This document shows positions 22,106 to 32,578 of a stretch of DNA of 64,000 nucleotides, one piece after another (position 1 is the first letter of the stretch; every line of letters starts with the position of its first letter). Source of the DNA: Alphaproteobacteria bacterium (lineage in GTDB: Bacteria > Pseudomonadota > Alphaproteobacteria > Bin95); contig CBDBGH010000003.1 of NCBI GenBank assembly GCA_965205265.1, positions 160,001 through 224,000 on the forward strand, given 5' to 3'. A program made the translations under genes and the position numbers. Below the pieces are notes generated by a model, which was not told the DNA's origin, did no database searches, and was given only the letters and a program-made list of their open reading frames with translations.

Positions 22106-22726
22106 ATGGGTAACGGGATTCTGGCGATCTGGATGGACTGCGCCGCGGAAGGCGAGGCGGATTTCAACGAGTGGTACCACCGCGAGCACTTCCCGGAGCG
22201 GGTGGGCGTGCCGGGCTTCCTCAAGGGCGTGCGCTACCGCGCGGTCGAGGCCGACCGGGGCTATTTCACCTGGTACCACACGGAGGATGTCGGCGTGCTG
22301 GCGTCGAAAGCCTATCGCGACCGCCTGAACGACCCGACCGCCTGGACGGAGCGCGTGATGCACGTCTTCCGCAACACGATCCGCTCGGCGATGACGGTCG
22401 AGGGCGAGGCGGGCGAGGTGTCCGTGGGCGCCTGGGCGGCGGTGCTGCGCGCCGACGAGGGCCTCGGCGCGGTCGATCTGGAGGCGCTGGCCGGGGCCGA
22501 AGGGGCATTGAGCGCGATGCGCTGGCATCTCGACATGGCGGCCACCGGCAGCCCGACCGCGGAAGCCTCGATCCGCGGGCCGGACACCCAGGCGGCGCGG
22601 GCGGTGCTGGTGCAGACCGCGACGGAGGGCGCAGCGCGGCGCGCGGCCGAGGCGCTCGCGGGACGGGGCGAGGTCGGCGTCTATGCGCTGATGGCCGTGC
22701 TCGCCAGCGAGGATTTGGGCGGCTAG
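22106..22726 (+). CDS. Hypothetical protein, dimeric alpha/beta-barrel (DUF4286-like)
   Basis: EADFNEWYHREHFPERVGVPGF pattern; GGAGG RBS. Confidence 0.65.
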   Translation: MGNGILAIWMDCAAEGEADFNEWYHREHFPERVGVPGFLKGVRYRAVEADRGYFTWYHTEDVGVLASKAYRDRLNDPTAWTERVMHVFRNTIRSAMTVEGEAGEVSVGAWAAVLRADEGLGAVDLEALAGAEGALSAMRWHLDMAATGSPTAEASIRGPDTQAARAVLVQTATEGAARRAAEALAGRGEVGVYALMAVLASEDLGG

Positions 22727-22734
22727 ACGCGAAC

Positions 22735-22810
<76 letters not shown>

Positions 22811-22928
22811 ACAGATCGACCGACGACGCCTCTAGGCGGCGGCCGGGAAGCGGGGTTATGTTCAAGGCGTCGAAGCCTGTCAAGGCCCGGCCGGAGCCGG
22901 GTCCATCCGCCGGAGGCGACCGGGGCCC

Positions 22929-23228
22929 ATGAATGTCATTCTCGTGCCGTTGCTCCAGCTTCTCGATGTCGTGCTGGAGCTCTACCAGATCGTCCTGATC
23001 GTCTGGGTGGTGTTCAGCTGGCTTGCCGCCTTCAATGTCGTCAACACCGCGAACGGATTCGTCCGCACGGCGATGAACGTGCTCTGGCGGCTGACCGAAC
23101 CGGCGCTCCGCCCGATCCGGCGTTTCGTGCCGATGATCTCGGGGCTGGACTTTTCGCCGCTGATCCTGCTGTTGCTGATCTACTTCCTGCGCGGCGTGGT
23201 CGGGCGCATGATCTACTCCATGGCCTGA
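22929..23228 (+). CDS. yggT: YggT family membrane protein
   Basis: [27 protein letters not shown]. Confidence 0.9.
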   Translation: MNVILVPLLQLLDVVLELYQIVLIVWVVFSWLAAFNVVNTANGFVRTAMNVLWRLTEPALRPIRRFVPMISGLDFSPLILLLLIYFLRGVVGRMIYSMA

Positions 23229-23245
23229 GCGGGGAGGAAGCTTCT

Positions 23246-24133
23246 ATGAGCGGAGCGCGCATCATCGACGGCAAGGCGCTGGCGGCGAAGCTGCGCGGGC
23301 GGGTCGCGGCCCAGGTCGCGGCGCTGGCGGGAACCGTCCGGCCCGGCCTCGCCGTGGTGCTGGTCGGCGACGATCCGGCAAGCGCCGTCTATGTCCGCAA
23401 CAAGAACCGCGAGACGGAGGCCGCCGGCATGGCGTCCTTCGAGCACCGCCTGCCGGACGACACGCCCGAGGCGGACCTGCTGGCGCTGGTGGACAGCCTG
23501 AACCGCGACCCGGCGGTGCATGGCATCCTGGTGCAATTGCCGCTGCCGGACGGCATCGACTCCGCCAAGGTGCTGCGCGCCATCGACCCCGCCAAGGACG
23601 TGGACGGCTTCCACCCGGAGAATGTGGGCGCGCTCTGGACCGGCGCCCCGGCGCTTGCGCCCTGCACGCCGCGCGGCTGCATGACCATGCTGGCCGAGGT
23701 CCACCCGGACGGGCTGGTCGGCAAGCGCGCGGTGGTCGTCGGGCGCTCCAACATCGTCGGCAAGCCGATGGCGGCCCTGCTGCTCGCCCAGCACTGCACG
23801 GTGACGCTCGCGCATTCGCGCACGCAGGACCTGCCCGGCGTCTGCCGCGGGGCGGACATTCTGGTGGCGGCCGTCGGGCGGGCGCGGATGATCGAGGGCG
23901 ATTGGGTCCAACCCGGCGCGACGGTGATCGATGTCGGCATCAACCGCGTGCCAGCCGAGGAGGAGGGCAGGACGCGGCTCGTCGGCGATGTCGACTTCGT
24001 CGGCGCCTCGGAGGTTGCGGGCGCCATCACGCCGGTGCCGGGGGGCGTCGGCCCGATGACGATTGCCTGCCTGCTCGCCAACACCGTGACCGCAGCCTGC
24101 CGGCAGGCGGGCGTGGCGGAGCCGGAGGTCTGA
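23246..24133 (+). CDS. folD: Methylene-THF dehydrogenase/cyclohydrolase
   Basis: [43 protein letters not shown]. Confidence 0.97.
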   Translation: MSGARIIDGKALAAKLRGRVAAQVAALAGTVRPGLAVVLVGDDPASAVYVRNKNRETEAAGMASFEHRLPDDTPEADLLALVDSLNRDPAVHGILVQLPLPDGIDSAKVLRAIDPAKDVDGFHPENVGALWTGAPALAPCTPRGCMTMLAEVHPDGLVGKRAVVVGRSNIVGKPMAALLLAQHCTVTLAHSRTQDLPGVCRGADILVAAVGRARMIEGDWVQPGATVIDVGINRVPAEEEGRTRLVGDVDFVGASEVAGAITPVPGGVGPMTIACLLANTVTAACRQAGVAEPEV

Positions 24134-24141
24134 CCGCAGCG

Positions 24142-25539
24142 ATGACCGGCATTGGCGAGGGAGCGGACGCTTCCCGAGACGGCGCGCTGGCCCGCATCCG
24201 CGAGCACTATGACAGCGGCGCGTTCATCGAGGTGCTGGCGCGGCGGGTGGCGGTGCCGTCCACCAGCCAGGACCCGGATTTCGCGCCGCATCTCTGGCGC
24301 TACCTGGAAGAGGAGATTGCGCCGGCCGCCGAAGGCATGGGCTTCGAGGTCCGGGTCGAGCCGAACCCGGAGGAGGGCGGCGGGCCGCTGCTGACGGCGG
24401 TGAGGCATGAGGACGAGGCGCTCCCGACCGTGCTCGTTTACGGACACGGCGACACCGTGCTCGGCCATGAGGGCCAGTGGCGCGAGGGCCGCGACCCCTG
24501 GACGCTCGACCGCGACGGCGACAAGCTCTACGGGCGCGGCACGGTGGACAACAAGGGCCAGCACGGCATCGCGCTCGCCGCGCTGGAGGCGGTGCTGGCG
24601 GAGCGCGGGGGGCTCGGCTTCAACGCCAAGCTGCTGGTCGAGACGAGCGAGGAAACCGGCTCGAAGGGCCTGCGCGCCTTCGCCGAAGCCAACCGGGAAC
24701 GGCTGGCGGCCGACGTGCTGATCGCCTCCGACGGGCCGCGCGTCGCGCCGGACCGGCCGACGGTTTATCTCGGCTCGCGCGGCGTTATCAACTATGCGCT
24801 GGAGATCGACGCGCGCGAGGGCGGGCACCATTCCGGCAATTGGGGCGGGCTGCTCTCCAACCCGGCGACGCGGCTTGCGAGCGCCGTCGCCAGCATGGTC
24901 GATGCGCGGGGGCGCATTCTGGTCGAGGGGCTGAGGCCGCCGCCCATGTCCAACGCCGTGCGCACCGCGATCGCCGATTGCGCCGTGGACGGCGGGCCGG
25001 GCGCGCCGGAGATCGACCCCGACTGGGGCGAGCCGGGCCTGACGCCCTGGGAGCGCGTCTTCGGCTGGAACGCGCTCGAAGTGCTGGCCCTGGGCGCCGG
25101 CGACGCAGAGCGGCCGGTGAACGCCATCCCGCCCCGCGCCCGCGCCGTCATCCAGATGCGCTTCGTCGCGGGCTCCGACGACGAGGGCTTCCTGCCCGCC
25201 ATCCGCGCCCATCTCGACGCACACGGCTTCGAGGACGTGCAGGTGGCGCCCCTGCGCACCACCATGAAGGCCACCCGCACATCGCTCGACGACCCCTGGG
25301 TGCGCCGCGTCATGGCCTCGATCGAGGAAACGCTCGGCCGCCCGCCGGCGCTGCTGCCCAATCTCGGCGGCTCGATCCCGAACGACGTGTTCACCGACGT
25401 GCTCGCCATGCCGACGATCTGGGTGCCCCACTCCTTCGCCGGCTGCTCCCAGCACGCCCCCAACGAACACGCCCTCGCCCCCCTCCTCCGCGAGGGCCTG
25501 GAAATGATGACCGGCATCTTCTGGGACATCGGCGCGTAA
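24142..25539 (+). CDS. M20 family metallopeptidase
   Basis: YGHGDTV, YGRGTVDNKG, EETGS, HSGNWGG, QHAPNEH. Confidence 0.9.
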   Translation: MTGIGEGADASRDGALARIREHYDSGAFIEVLARRVAVPSTSQDPDFAPHLWRYLEEEIAPAAEGMGFEVRVEPNPEEGGGPLLTAVRHEDEALPTVLVYGHGDTVLGHEGQWREGRDPWTLDRDGDKLYGRGTVDNKGQHGIALAALEAVLAERGGLGFNAKLLVETSEETGSKGLRAFAEANRERLAADVLIASDGPRVAPDRPTVYLGSRGVINYALEIDAREGGHHSGNWGGLLSNPATRLASAVASMVDARGRILVEGLRPPPMSNAVRTAIADCAVDGGPGAPEIDPDWGEPGLTPWERVFGWNALEVLALGAGDAERPVNAIPPRARAVIQMRFVAGSDDEGFLPAIRAHLDAHGFEDVQVAPLRTTMKATRTSLDDPWVRRVMASIEETLGRPPALLPNLGGSIPNDVFTDVLAMPTIWVPHSFAGCSQHAPNEHALAPLLREGLEMMTGIFWDIGA

Positions 25540-25639
25540 CGGGGCCTGCCCGCTCGTTATGGGGTTTATATAGACAGGTTGACGACAGGTTTGCGAGGCT
25601 TCGCGCCTTCTCTCCAGCGTCATACGCGGACACCATATC

Positions 25640-25725
25640 GTCATACCCGGATTTGTTCCGGGTATCTCTCGCCATCGCTTCCGCCGGGCGGCCGCATGGA
25701 TACCCGGAACAAGTCCGGGTATGAC
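25640..25725. repeat. REP-like 86-bp paired palindrome
   Basis: gtcatacccggatttgttccgggtatc ... gatacccggaacaagtccgggtatgac; same unit at 27300 and 45051. Confidence 0.88.
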
Positions 25726-25812
25726 GGAGGGGGTGTTGAGGTATGACGGAAGAAATGTCGTTGGTCTCTCTGTCAACCTGTCTTTGTAATCCTCACGACG
25801 ATGAGGAGGGAC

Positions 25813-25845
25813 TTGACATCATCTGTATATGTTCTATGTATGTTC
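25813..25845 (+). promoter_or_regulatory. Promoter with alphaproteobacterial LexA (SOS) box
   Basis: TTGACA 25813-25818; GTTC-tatgtat-GTTC 25831-25845 over the -10 region, in an AT-rich patch. Confidence 0.7.
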
Positions 25846-26064
25846 CAAATACCTTTTCCAACAACCCAGGGCAGGCATGATCTGGACCTGAAGAACGGGC
25901 GGACGGGTGCGGCAGGCGCAGAGGCGCGCCGCACCGATCGCACGCCCCCCGCAACCGATAGCCGGCTGTCCGCCTTCCCGCCGCATGTCCGGGCAGCAAA
26001 CGGCGACGCGCGCCCGCTGGGCGGTGTTGCATCGTTCGGCCTGTCGCAGGGCGGCGGAGAGGAA

Positions 26065-26484
26065 ATGAGAAAATCGATGACAGACAGTCTGGCGGAGAGA
26101 CGGCCGGGCCGGCCGGTCGGCGAGGAGATGAGGCGCCGGGCGGTTGCGGCGGTGGTCGAGAAGGGCATGAGCGCGCGGGCTGTGGGCCGGTTGTTCGATG
26201 TTGCCGATGTCAGCGTCTCCCGGTGGGTGCGGGCATATCTCGACGGCGGCCGGCTCCGGGCCAAGCGCATGGGCGGCCGCGCCTCGCGGATCGAGCCGGA
26301 GCGGGAGCGGATTTTCCGCATTCTGGAGGCGCGCCCGGCGATTTCCGCCCGGAAGCTGCGCGAGGCGCTGGCCGCAGAGGGGCTGGAGTTCGGCCAGTCC
26401 ACGGTGCAGCGCTTCCTGAGGCGCCACGGCCTGCAACGCGAACTGCGCCTCGCCCGCCTGCACGCCAGAAACAAGGCCCGGTGA
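26065..26484 (+). CDS. IS630 transposase-related HTH-only protein (no DDE domain)
   Basis: MRRRAVAAVVEKGMSARAVGRLFDV..SVSRWV, GG linker, second HTH LREALAAEG..STVQRFLRRHG; GGAGAGG RBS. Confidence 0.75.
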   Translation: MRKSMTDSLAERRPGRPVGEEMRRRAVAAVVEKGMSARAVGRLFDVADVSVSRWVRAYLDGGRLRAKRMGGRASRIEPERERIFRILEARPAISARKLREALAAEGLEFGQSTVQRFLRRHGLQRELRLARLHARNKAR

Positions 26485-26522
26485 TAGCGGCGGCCATACC
26501 CGGCCCCTGCCTCCCGATGGCT

Positions 26523-26557
26523 AAACCGGACAGTAGTGGAACGAGTCCGGCCATGAC
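26523..26557 (-). repeat. Half REP-like unit fused to other sequence
   Basis: Minus strand gtcatggccggactcgttcc then actactgtccggttt; the palindrome is broken after the loop. Confidence 0.5.
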
Positions 26558-26680
26558 GAAAGAGGTGTTGCGGGCCTCCCTGCCGACCTGTCCATGCAAG
26601 CCCGTTTCAGCCCGGAGGAGGTCCTGCACCCGTGGGCCGACGGTGTGTTACCTTCGCGCGGACCGGGAGGAGGGCACACC

Positions 26681-26830
26681 ATGTCCGGCGACAAACAGGA
26701 GGAGGACCGCCCCGATCCGGCCGCGGAAGATGCACGCGGCGAGCGGTCTTTCATCGAACACCTGCTGAACCAGCCCGAAGGCCCCGAAACCCCGCGCGCC
26801 ACGGTTGTGCCGCGGGACGTGGAATTCTGA
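26681..26830 (+). CDS. 49-aa protein resembling the C-terminal part of Phd/YefM-type antitoxins
   Basis: GGAGGAGG RBS; SFIEHLL..P....R....PRDVEF tail. Confidence 0.45.
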   Translation: MSGDKQEEDRPDPAAEDARGERSFIEHLLNQPEGPETPRATVVPRDVEF

Positions 26831-26860
26831 TCGGCCTTCGCGGCGAACAGGGAGGCTTGC

Positions 26861-27265
26861 ATGGCTAAACTTCGACATATCGCGGTCACGGTTCCGGACC
26901 TGGAGGCGGCGGCGCGGTTCTATGAGGACACCTTCGGCATGGCGCGGCAGATGCAGTCCGATATCGCGATCCTGCTTTCCGACGGCACCGTCAGCCTCGC
27001 GATCCTGAAGTTCAGGACCGACGAGCAGGCGGGCGACGAGCGCGGCAAGGACTTCCACGGCCTGCACCATATGGGCTTCGTGGTCGATGACATCGACGCG
27101 ATGAGCCGGCAGATCGAGGCCAATGGCGGGCGCTACCATATGCGGCTGCCGGACTCGGCCGAGGGCGCCACCGAGATCAAGTTCTACGACCCCAACGGCG
27201 TCGTGTTCGACATCGTCACCGCCGACTACGCCACCAACGCCTGGGGCGCCAAGGTCTCGGATTAG
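26861..27265 (+). CDS. VOC (glyoxalase-like) family protein
   Basis: LRHIAVTVPDLEAAARFYE, GLHHMGFVVDD, YDPNG. Confidence 0.9.
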   Translation: MAKLRHIAVTVPDLEAAARFYEDTFGMARQMQSDIAILLSDGTVSLAILKFRTDEQAGDERGKDFHGLHHMGFVVDDIDAMSRQIEANGGRYHMRLPDSAEGATEIKFYDPNGVVFDIVTADYATNAWGAKVSD

Positions 27266-27299
27266 CGCGCCGGAACGGAGGTCCGGGCGTCTCCATCCC

Positions 27300-27385
27300 G
27301 TCATGTCCGGACTTGTTCCGGGCATCTCCCTCCGCCGCTCCGGCCGGGGGGCCGCATGGATACCCGGAACAAGTCCGGGTATGAC
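27300..27385. repeat. REP-like 86-bp paired palindrome
   Basis: Right arm identical to that of 25640-25725. Confidence 0.88.
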
Positions 27386-27559
27386 GGAGGTAGGGCGTTC
27401 GGGTGTGACGGAAGGGGCATCCGGGCATAACGCGGGAGCGGTCGGGCGCTCCGAACGAGGCGATATGAACTTCGGACGCACGACATCGGCCGCGCCCGCT
27501 TGCCGGGCGGCGGGGCGGGGGGCTACAAGGCGCGTTCCTGACGAACGAAGGGAAGGCCC

Positions 27560-28435
27560 ATGACCGAGGCGGCGCTCGTTCCGCTGCTGGGGCGCATCGC
27601 CGACGCGCTGGAGCGGTTGTCGCCCGAAGGGGGGGCGGCGCCGGACCTGGCGGCCGCGGACGCCTTCGTCTGGCATGCCGAGAGCGGGCGGCTCGCGCCG
27701 GTGGCGGAGGTGAGCCATGTGGCGCTGCCGCTGCTGCGCGGCATAGACCGCGTGACCGGCATCCTGCTGGAGAACACGCGCCGCTTCGCCGAGGGGCTGC
27801 CGGCCAACAACGCGCTGCTCTGGGGGGCGCGCGGCATGGGCAAGTCCTCGCTGGTCAAGGCCATTCACGCGCAGATTGCGGCCGAGCGGCCGGGCGCGCT
27901 GGCGCTGGTCGAAATCCACCGTGAGGACATCGGCTCGCTGCCGGGCCTGCTGGCGCTGCTCCGGGGCGCCGGCCGGCGCTTCGTGCTCTTCTGCGACGAC
28001 CTCTCCTTCGACGGCGGCGACGCCACCTACAAGTCGCTCAAGGCCGTGCTCGAAGGCGGGCTGGAGGGCCGGCCGGAAAATGTCGTCTTCTACGCCACCT
28101 CCAACCGCCGCCACCTGATGCCGCGCGACATGATCGAGAACGAGCGCTCGACGGCCATTGCCCCCGCCGAGGCGGTGGAGGAGAAGGTGTCGCTCTCGGA
28201 CCGCTTCGGCCTCTGGCTCGGCTTCCACAATTGCGACCAGGCGACCTATTTCGAGATGGTGGAGGGCTATGCAGCGCATTTCGGCCTGGAGGTCGAGCCG
28301 GACGCGCTGCGCCGGCAGGCGAACGAATGGTCCGTCACGCGGGGCGCGCGCTCCGGCCGCGTCGCCTGGCAGTTCGTGCAGGACCTTGCCGGCCGGCTCG
28401 GCCGGAAGCTGAACGGGAGGGGCGGGGCGGCATGA
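27560..28435 (+). CDS. DUF815 family AAA+ ATP-binding protein
   Basis: ANNALLWGARGMGKSS, FCDDLSF, YATSNRRHL, EEKVSLSDRFGL. Confidence 0.9.
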   Translation: MTEAALVPLLGRIADALERLSPEGGAAPDLAAADAFVWHAESGRLAPVAEVSHVALPLLRGIDRVTGILLENTRRFAEGLPANNALLWGARGMGKSSLVKAIHAQIAAERPGALALVEIHREDIGSLPGLLALLRGAGRRFVLFCDDLSFDGGDATYKSLKAVLEGGLEGRPENVVFYATSNRRHLMPRDMIENERSTAIAPAEAVEEKVSLSDRFGLWLGFHNCDQATYFEMVEGYAAHFGLEVEPDALRRQANEWSVTRGARSGRVAWQFVQDLAGRLGRKLNGRGGAA

Positions 28436-29058
28436 TCCTGCTGATCGATAACTATGACAGCTTCGTCTACAACCTGATGCATTTCATGGGCGAGCTCGGG
28501 GCCGATATCGAGGTCCGGCGCAACGACGCTCTGACTGCCGGCGAGGCGCTGGCGATGCAGCCCGAAGCCATCGTGATCTCGCCCGGCCCCTGCGACCCCG
28601 ACAAGGCCGGCATCTGCCTCGAGCTGGTGGAGAAGGCCGCCGGGCGGGTGCCCCTCTTCGGCGTCTGCCTCGGCCACCAGTGCATCGGCCAGGCCTTCGG
28701 CGGAGAAGTGCTGCGCGCCCCGGTCTGCATGCACGGCAAGCTCTCGCGCATCCACCATGACGGCACCGGCCTGTTCGCCGGCCTGCCGTCTCCCTTCGAG
28801 GCGACGCGCTACCACTCGCTCGTCGTCGAGCGCGGGACGATGCCGGACGAGCTGGCCGTCAACGCCTGGACCGAGGACGGCCTGGCGATGGGCGTGCGCC
28901 ACCGCACGCTCGATGTCCACGGCGTCCAGTTCCACCCGGAGAGCATTGCTTCGGAGCACGGCCACCGCCTGCTCGCCAATTTCCTGACTTCGGTGGCGGG
29001 CCGCCCGCCGGCCGGGGTGCCGAAGCCGCTGCCGGAACGCCGGGTGTTCGCGGCATGA
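28432..29058 (+). CDS. trpG: Anthranilate synthase component II
   Basis: IDNYDSF, SPGPC, GVCLGHQ, RYHSL, QFHPES; upstream of trpD. Confidence 0.92.
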   Translation: MILLIDNYDSFVYNLMHFMGELGADIEVRRNDALTAGEALAMQPEAIVISPGPCDPDKAGICLELVEKAAGRVPLFGVCLGHQCIGQAFGGEVLRAPVCMHGKLSRIHHDGTGLFAGLPSPFEATRYHSLVVERGTMPDELAVNAWTEDGLAMGVRHRTLDVHGVQFHPESIASEHGHRLLANFLTSVAGRPPAGVPKPLPERRVFAA

Positions 29059-30074
29059 GCGGCGATCTGAGAGCCATCCTGGCGCGCGTGGCGGACGGCG
29101 CGCGGCTCGGCGAAGCGGAAGCGGAGGCGGCCTTCGAGATCCTGATGTCGGGCGACGCCACGCCCTCCCAGACGGGCGCTTTCCTGATGGCGCTCAGGGT
29201 GCGCGGCGAGACCATCGACGAGATCACCGGGGCGGCCCGGATCATGCGCGAGAAGGCGCTCCGCATCGAGGCGCCGGCCGACGCCATCGACACCGCCGGC
29301 ACGGGCGGCGACGACAAGGGCACGCTCAACATTTCCACCGCCGCCGCGCTGCTGCTGGCCGGCGCGGGCGTGCCGGTGGTCAAGCACGGCAACCGGGCGC
29401 TCTCGTCGCAAACCGGCGCCTCCGACGTGCTGGGCGCGCTCGGCGTCGATATCGACTGCGACATGGCGCTCGTCCCGAAGGCGCTGGAGGAGGCCGGCAT
29501 CTGCTTCCTCATGGCGCCCCGGCATCACGGCGCCATGCGCCACGTCGCCGGCACGCGGGTCGAGCTCGGCACGCGCACGATCTTCAACCTGCTGGGGCCG
29601 CTCTCCAATCCCGCAGGCGCGCGCCGCCAGCTTGTCGGCGTGTTCGCCGAGCGCTGGATCGAGCCGCTCGCCCATGTGCTCGGCAATCTCGGCGGCGAGC
29701 GCGCCTGGGTCGTCCACGGCTCGGACGGCATGGACGAGATCACGACCACGGGCGTCAGCTACGTGGCGGAGCTGAAGGGCGGGGCAGTCCGGCGTTTCGA
29801 GGTCGATCCGCGCGAAATCGGCCTGCCGCTTGCCCGGCCCGAGGACCTGCAGGGCGGCGACCCCGAATGCAATGCCGCCGCGATGCGGGCCTTGCTGGAC
29901 GGCGAGGCCGGGCCCTATCGTGACATCGTGGTGCTGAACACCGCCGCCGCCCTGGTGGTGGCGGAGCGCGCACGCACGCTGGCCGAAGGCAGGGTGCTGG
30001 CCGAGGAGGCCATAGACAGCGGCGCGGCGCGGGACCGTCTGGCGGCGCTGGTGCGCGTCACCAATAGCGGCTGA
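29055..30074 (+). CDS. trpD: Anthranilate phosphoribosyltransferase
   Basis: DTAGTGGD, NIST, KHGNRALSS, RTIFNLLGPLSNP. Confidence 0.96.
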   Translation: MSGDLRAILARVADGARLGEAEAEAAFEILMSGDATPSQTGAFLMALRVRGETIDEITGAARIMREKALRIEAPADAIDTAGTGGDDKGTLNISTAAALLLAGAGVPVVKHGNRALSSQTGASDVLGALGVDIDCDMALVPKALEEAGICFLMAPRHHGAMRHVAGTRVELGTRTIFNLLGPLSNPAGARRQLVGVFAERWIEPLAHVLGNLGGERAWVVHGSDGMDEITTTGVSYVAELKGGAVRRFEVDPREIGLPLARPEDLQGGDPECNAAAMRALLDGEAGPYRDIVVLNTAAALVVAERARTLAEGRVLAEEAIDSGAARDRLAALVRVTNSG

Positions 30075-30095
30075 GGCAGGAAGGCCGGAAAAGCC

Positions 30096-30893
30096 ATGTC
30101 GGACACTCTCGCCAGGATCGTCGCCGAAAAGCGCGGGCATGTGGCGCGGATGAAGCGCGAGCGGCCCCCTGCGTGGCTGGAAGCGGCCGACGGCGGCGCG
30201 CCGCGCGGCTTCGCAGCGGCGCTGGCGGGCGCGGACGGCTACGGCCTGATCGCGGAGATCAAGAAGGCCTCGCCCAGCAAGGGGTTGATCCGCGCCGATT
30301 TCGACCCGGCGGCGCTCGCGCGGGCCTATGTCGAAGGCGGCGCCGTCTGCCTCTCCGTGCTGACCGATACGCCGTATTTCCAGGGCGAGGACCGCTATCT
30401 GGCCGAGGCGCGGGCGGCGGTGCCGTTGCCGCTGCTGCGCAAGGATTTCATGGTGGACCCCTGGCAGGTGGCGGAGGCCCGTGCGCTCGGCGCGGACTGC
30501 ATCCTCATCATCCTCGCCGCGGTGGACGACGTTCTGGCGGCGGAGCTGGAGGCGGCGGCGTTCGCGCTCGGCATGGACGCGCTGGTCGAGGTCCATGACG
30601 AGGCGGAGCTTGAGCGCGCGCTGCGTCTCTCCTCGCCGCTCATCGGCATCAACAACCGCAACCTCAAGACCCTCGAAGTGGACCTCGCGACCGCCGAGCG
30701 GCTGGCGCCTTCCATCCCGGCCGACCGGATTGCCGTCGGCGAGAGCGGGCTTGCCGCCACCGCCGACCTAGAGCGGCTGGCGCGGGTCGGCGTCACCCGT
30801 TTCCTGGTGGGCGAGTCGCTGATGCGCGAGGCGGATGTGGCGGCCGCAACGCGCGCGCTCCTCGGCCTCGACCTGCTGCGGGAAGCGGGATGA
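30096..30893 (+). CDS. trpC: Indole-3-glycerol phosphate synthase
   Basis: [30 protein letters not shown]. Confidence 0.96.
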   Translation: MSDTLARIVAEKRGHVARMKRERPPAWLEAADGGAPRGFAAALAGADGYGLIAEIKKASPSKGLIRADFDPAALARAYVEGGAVCLSVLTDTPYFQGEDRYLAEARAAVPLPLLRKDFMVDPWQVAEARALGADCILIILAAVDDVLAAELEAAAFALGMDALVEVHDEAELERALRLSSPLIGINNRNLKTLEVDLATAERLAPSIPADRIAVGESGLAATADLERLARVGVTRFLVGESLMREADVAAATRALLGLDLLREAG

Positions 30894-31372
30894 GCGCGCG
30901 ACTCACCCATTTCGACGAGGAAGGCCGTGCGGCCATGGTGGACGTGTCCGCCAAGGACGAGACGGAGCGGGTCGCGGTCGCCGGCGGCCGGGTCGTCATG
31001 GCCCCGGAGACGCTGGCGCTGATCCGGGCGGGCGAAATCGGCAAGGGCGACGTGCTGGGCGTGGCGCGGCTCGCCGGCATCATGGCCGCCAAGCGCACGG
31101 CCGAGCTGATCCCGCTCTGCCACCCGCTGGCGCTGACCTCCGTCGCCGTGGACCTGGCCCCGGACCCGGAGGCGTCCGCCGTGGAGATCACCGCCACATG
31201 CCGGCTCAAGGGCCGGACCGGCGTCGAGATGGAGGCGCTGACCGCCGTCTCCGTGGCCGCGCTCACCGTTTATGACATGTGCAAGGCGGTGGACCGCGGC
31301 ATGAAGGTCGAGGCCGTCCGCCTGCTGCGCAAGGAAGGCGGAAAGTCCGGCGTCTGGACCGCGCGCCCGTGA
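30890..31372 (+). CDS. moaC: Cyclic pyranopterin monophosphate synthase
   Basis: [30 protein letters not shown]. Confidence 0.97.
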   Translation: MSARLTHFDEEGRAAMVDVSAKDETERVAVAGGRVVMAPETLALIRAGEIGKGDVLGVARLAGIMAAKRTAELIPLCHPLALTSVAVDLAPDPEASAVEITATCRLKGRTGVEMEALTAVSVAALTVYDMCKAVDRGMKVEAVRLLRKEGGKSGVWTARP

Positions 31373-32562
31373 TCCCGGTCGCAGACGCGATTGCGCGCAT
31401 TCTGGCAGGCGTGGGGCCGCTGCCGGCGGAGATGGTGCCGCTCGGCGACGGGCTCGGCCGCGTGCTGGCGGAGGACCTTGCATCTAGGCGCACCCAGCCG
31501 CCGGCGGCGGTCTCCGCCATGGACGGCTATGCCGTCCGCGCGGCGGATGTGGCGGGCGCGCCGGCGGCGCTTCGCATCGTGGCGGAGATCGCCGCCGGCG
31601 CCGCCTGGACCGGCTCTGTGGGCGCGCGCGAGGCGGCGCGCATCTTTACCGGCGCGCCTGTTCCCGAGGGGGCCGACGCCATCGTCATCCAGGAGGATTG
31701 CGAGCGTTCCGGAGACCGCGTGACGGTGCGCGAACCGGCGGCGGCGGGCGCCTATGTCCGCCCAGCGGGCCTCGACTTTGCCGAGGGCGACGTGCTGCTG
31801 CGCGCCGGCCGGCGGCTGACTTCGCGCGATATCGGGCTCGCTGCGGCGATGAACCGGCCCTGGCTGCCGGTGAGGCGGCGTCCGCGCGTGGCGCTGCTCG
31901 CGACCGGCGACGAGATCGCGCTTCCGGGAGAGCCGCTCGGGCCGCAGCAGATCGTGAGCTCAAGCGGGCCGGGGCTGGCGGCCCTGGTCGCGGAGGCGGG
32001 CGGCCAGGCGGTCTCGCTCGGCGTGGCGGAAGACAGCACCGCGTCGCTGCGCGCGCGCGCCGCCGGGGCCGAAGGCGCGGACATCTTGGTGACCATGGGC
32101 GGCGCATCGGTCGGCGAGCACGACCTTGTGCAGTCGGCGCTGGCGGAGGACGGGCTCGAAGTCGATTTCTGGCGGATCGCCATGCGGCCCGGCAAGCCGC
32201 TCATGTTCGGCCGCATGGGCGCTGCGCTGGTGCTGGGCCTGCCGGGCAACCCGGTCTCGGCTTTCGTCTGCGCGCTGCTCTTCCTGCGCCCCCTGATCGA
32301 CGCGATGCTGGGCCTGCCGGCGGGGCCGCCCGCGCGGGAGCCGGCCCGGCTCGGCGCCGCCCTCGGTGCAAACGACCGCCGCGAGGACTATCTGCGCGCC
32401 CGGCTCGCCGCCGACGGCGAAGACCTCCCGGTCGCGACGCCCTTCGCGCGCCAGGACAGCTCCATGCTGGCGCGTTTCGTCGAGGCCGATGCGCTGGTGG
32501 TCCGCGCCCCGCACGCCCCTCCGGCAAGCGCCGGGGACCTCGTGGAGATCATCCGCCTGTAG
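31369..32562 (+). CDS. moeA: Molybdopterin molybdotransferase
   Basis: [37 protein letters not shown]; GTGA overlap with moaC. Confidence 0.95.
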   Translation: MIPVADAIARILAGVGPLPAEMVPLGDGLGRVLAEDLASRRTQPPAAVSAMDGYAVRAADVAGAPAALRIVAEIAAGAAWTGSVGAREAARIFTGAPVPEGADAIVIQEDCERSGDRVTVREPAAAGAYVRPAGLDFAEGDVLLRAGRRLTSRDIGLAAAMNRPWLPVRRRPRVALLATGDEIALPGEPLGPQQIVSSSGPGLAALVAEAGGQAVSLGVAEDSTASLRARAAGAEGADILVTMGGASVGEHDLVQSALAEDGLEVDFWRIAMRPGKPLMFGRMGAALVLGLPGNPVSAFVCALLFLRPLIDAMLGLPAGPPAREPARLGAALGANDRREDYLRARLAADGEDLPVATPFARQDSSMLARFVEADALVVRAPHAPPASAGDLVEIIRL

Positions 32563-32578
32563 CCCGTCCGCGGCGGCG

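Noticed and set aside
25801-26064. N-terminal extension of the IS630-like ORF (227-aa version)
   Set aside because: It runs through the promoter and SOS box; a good RBS precedes ATG 26065
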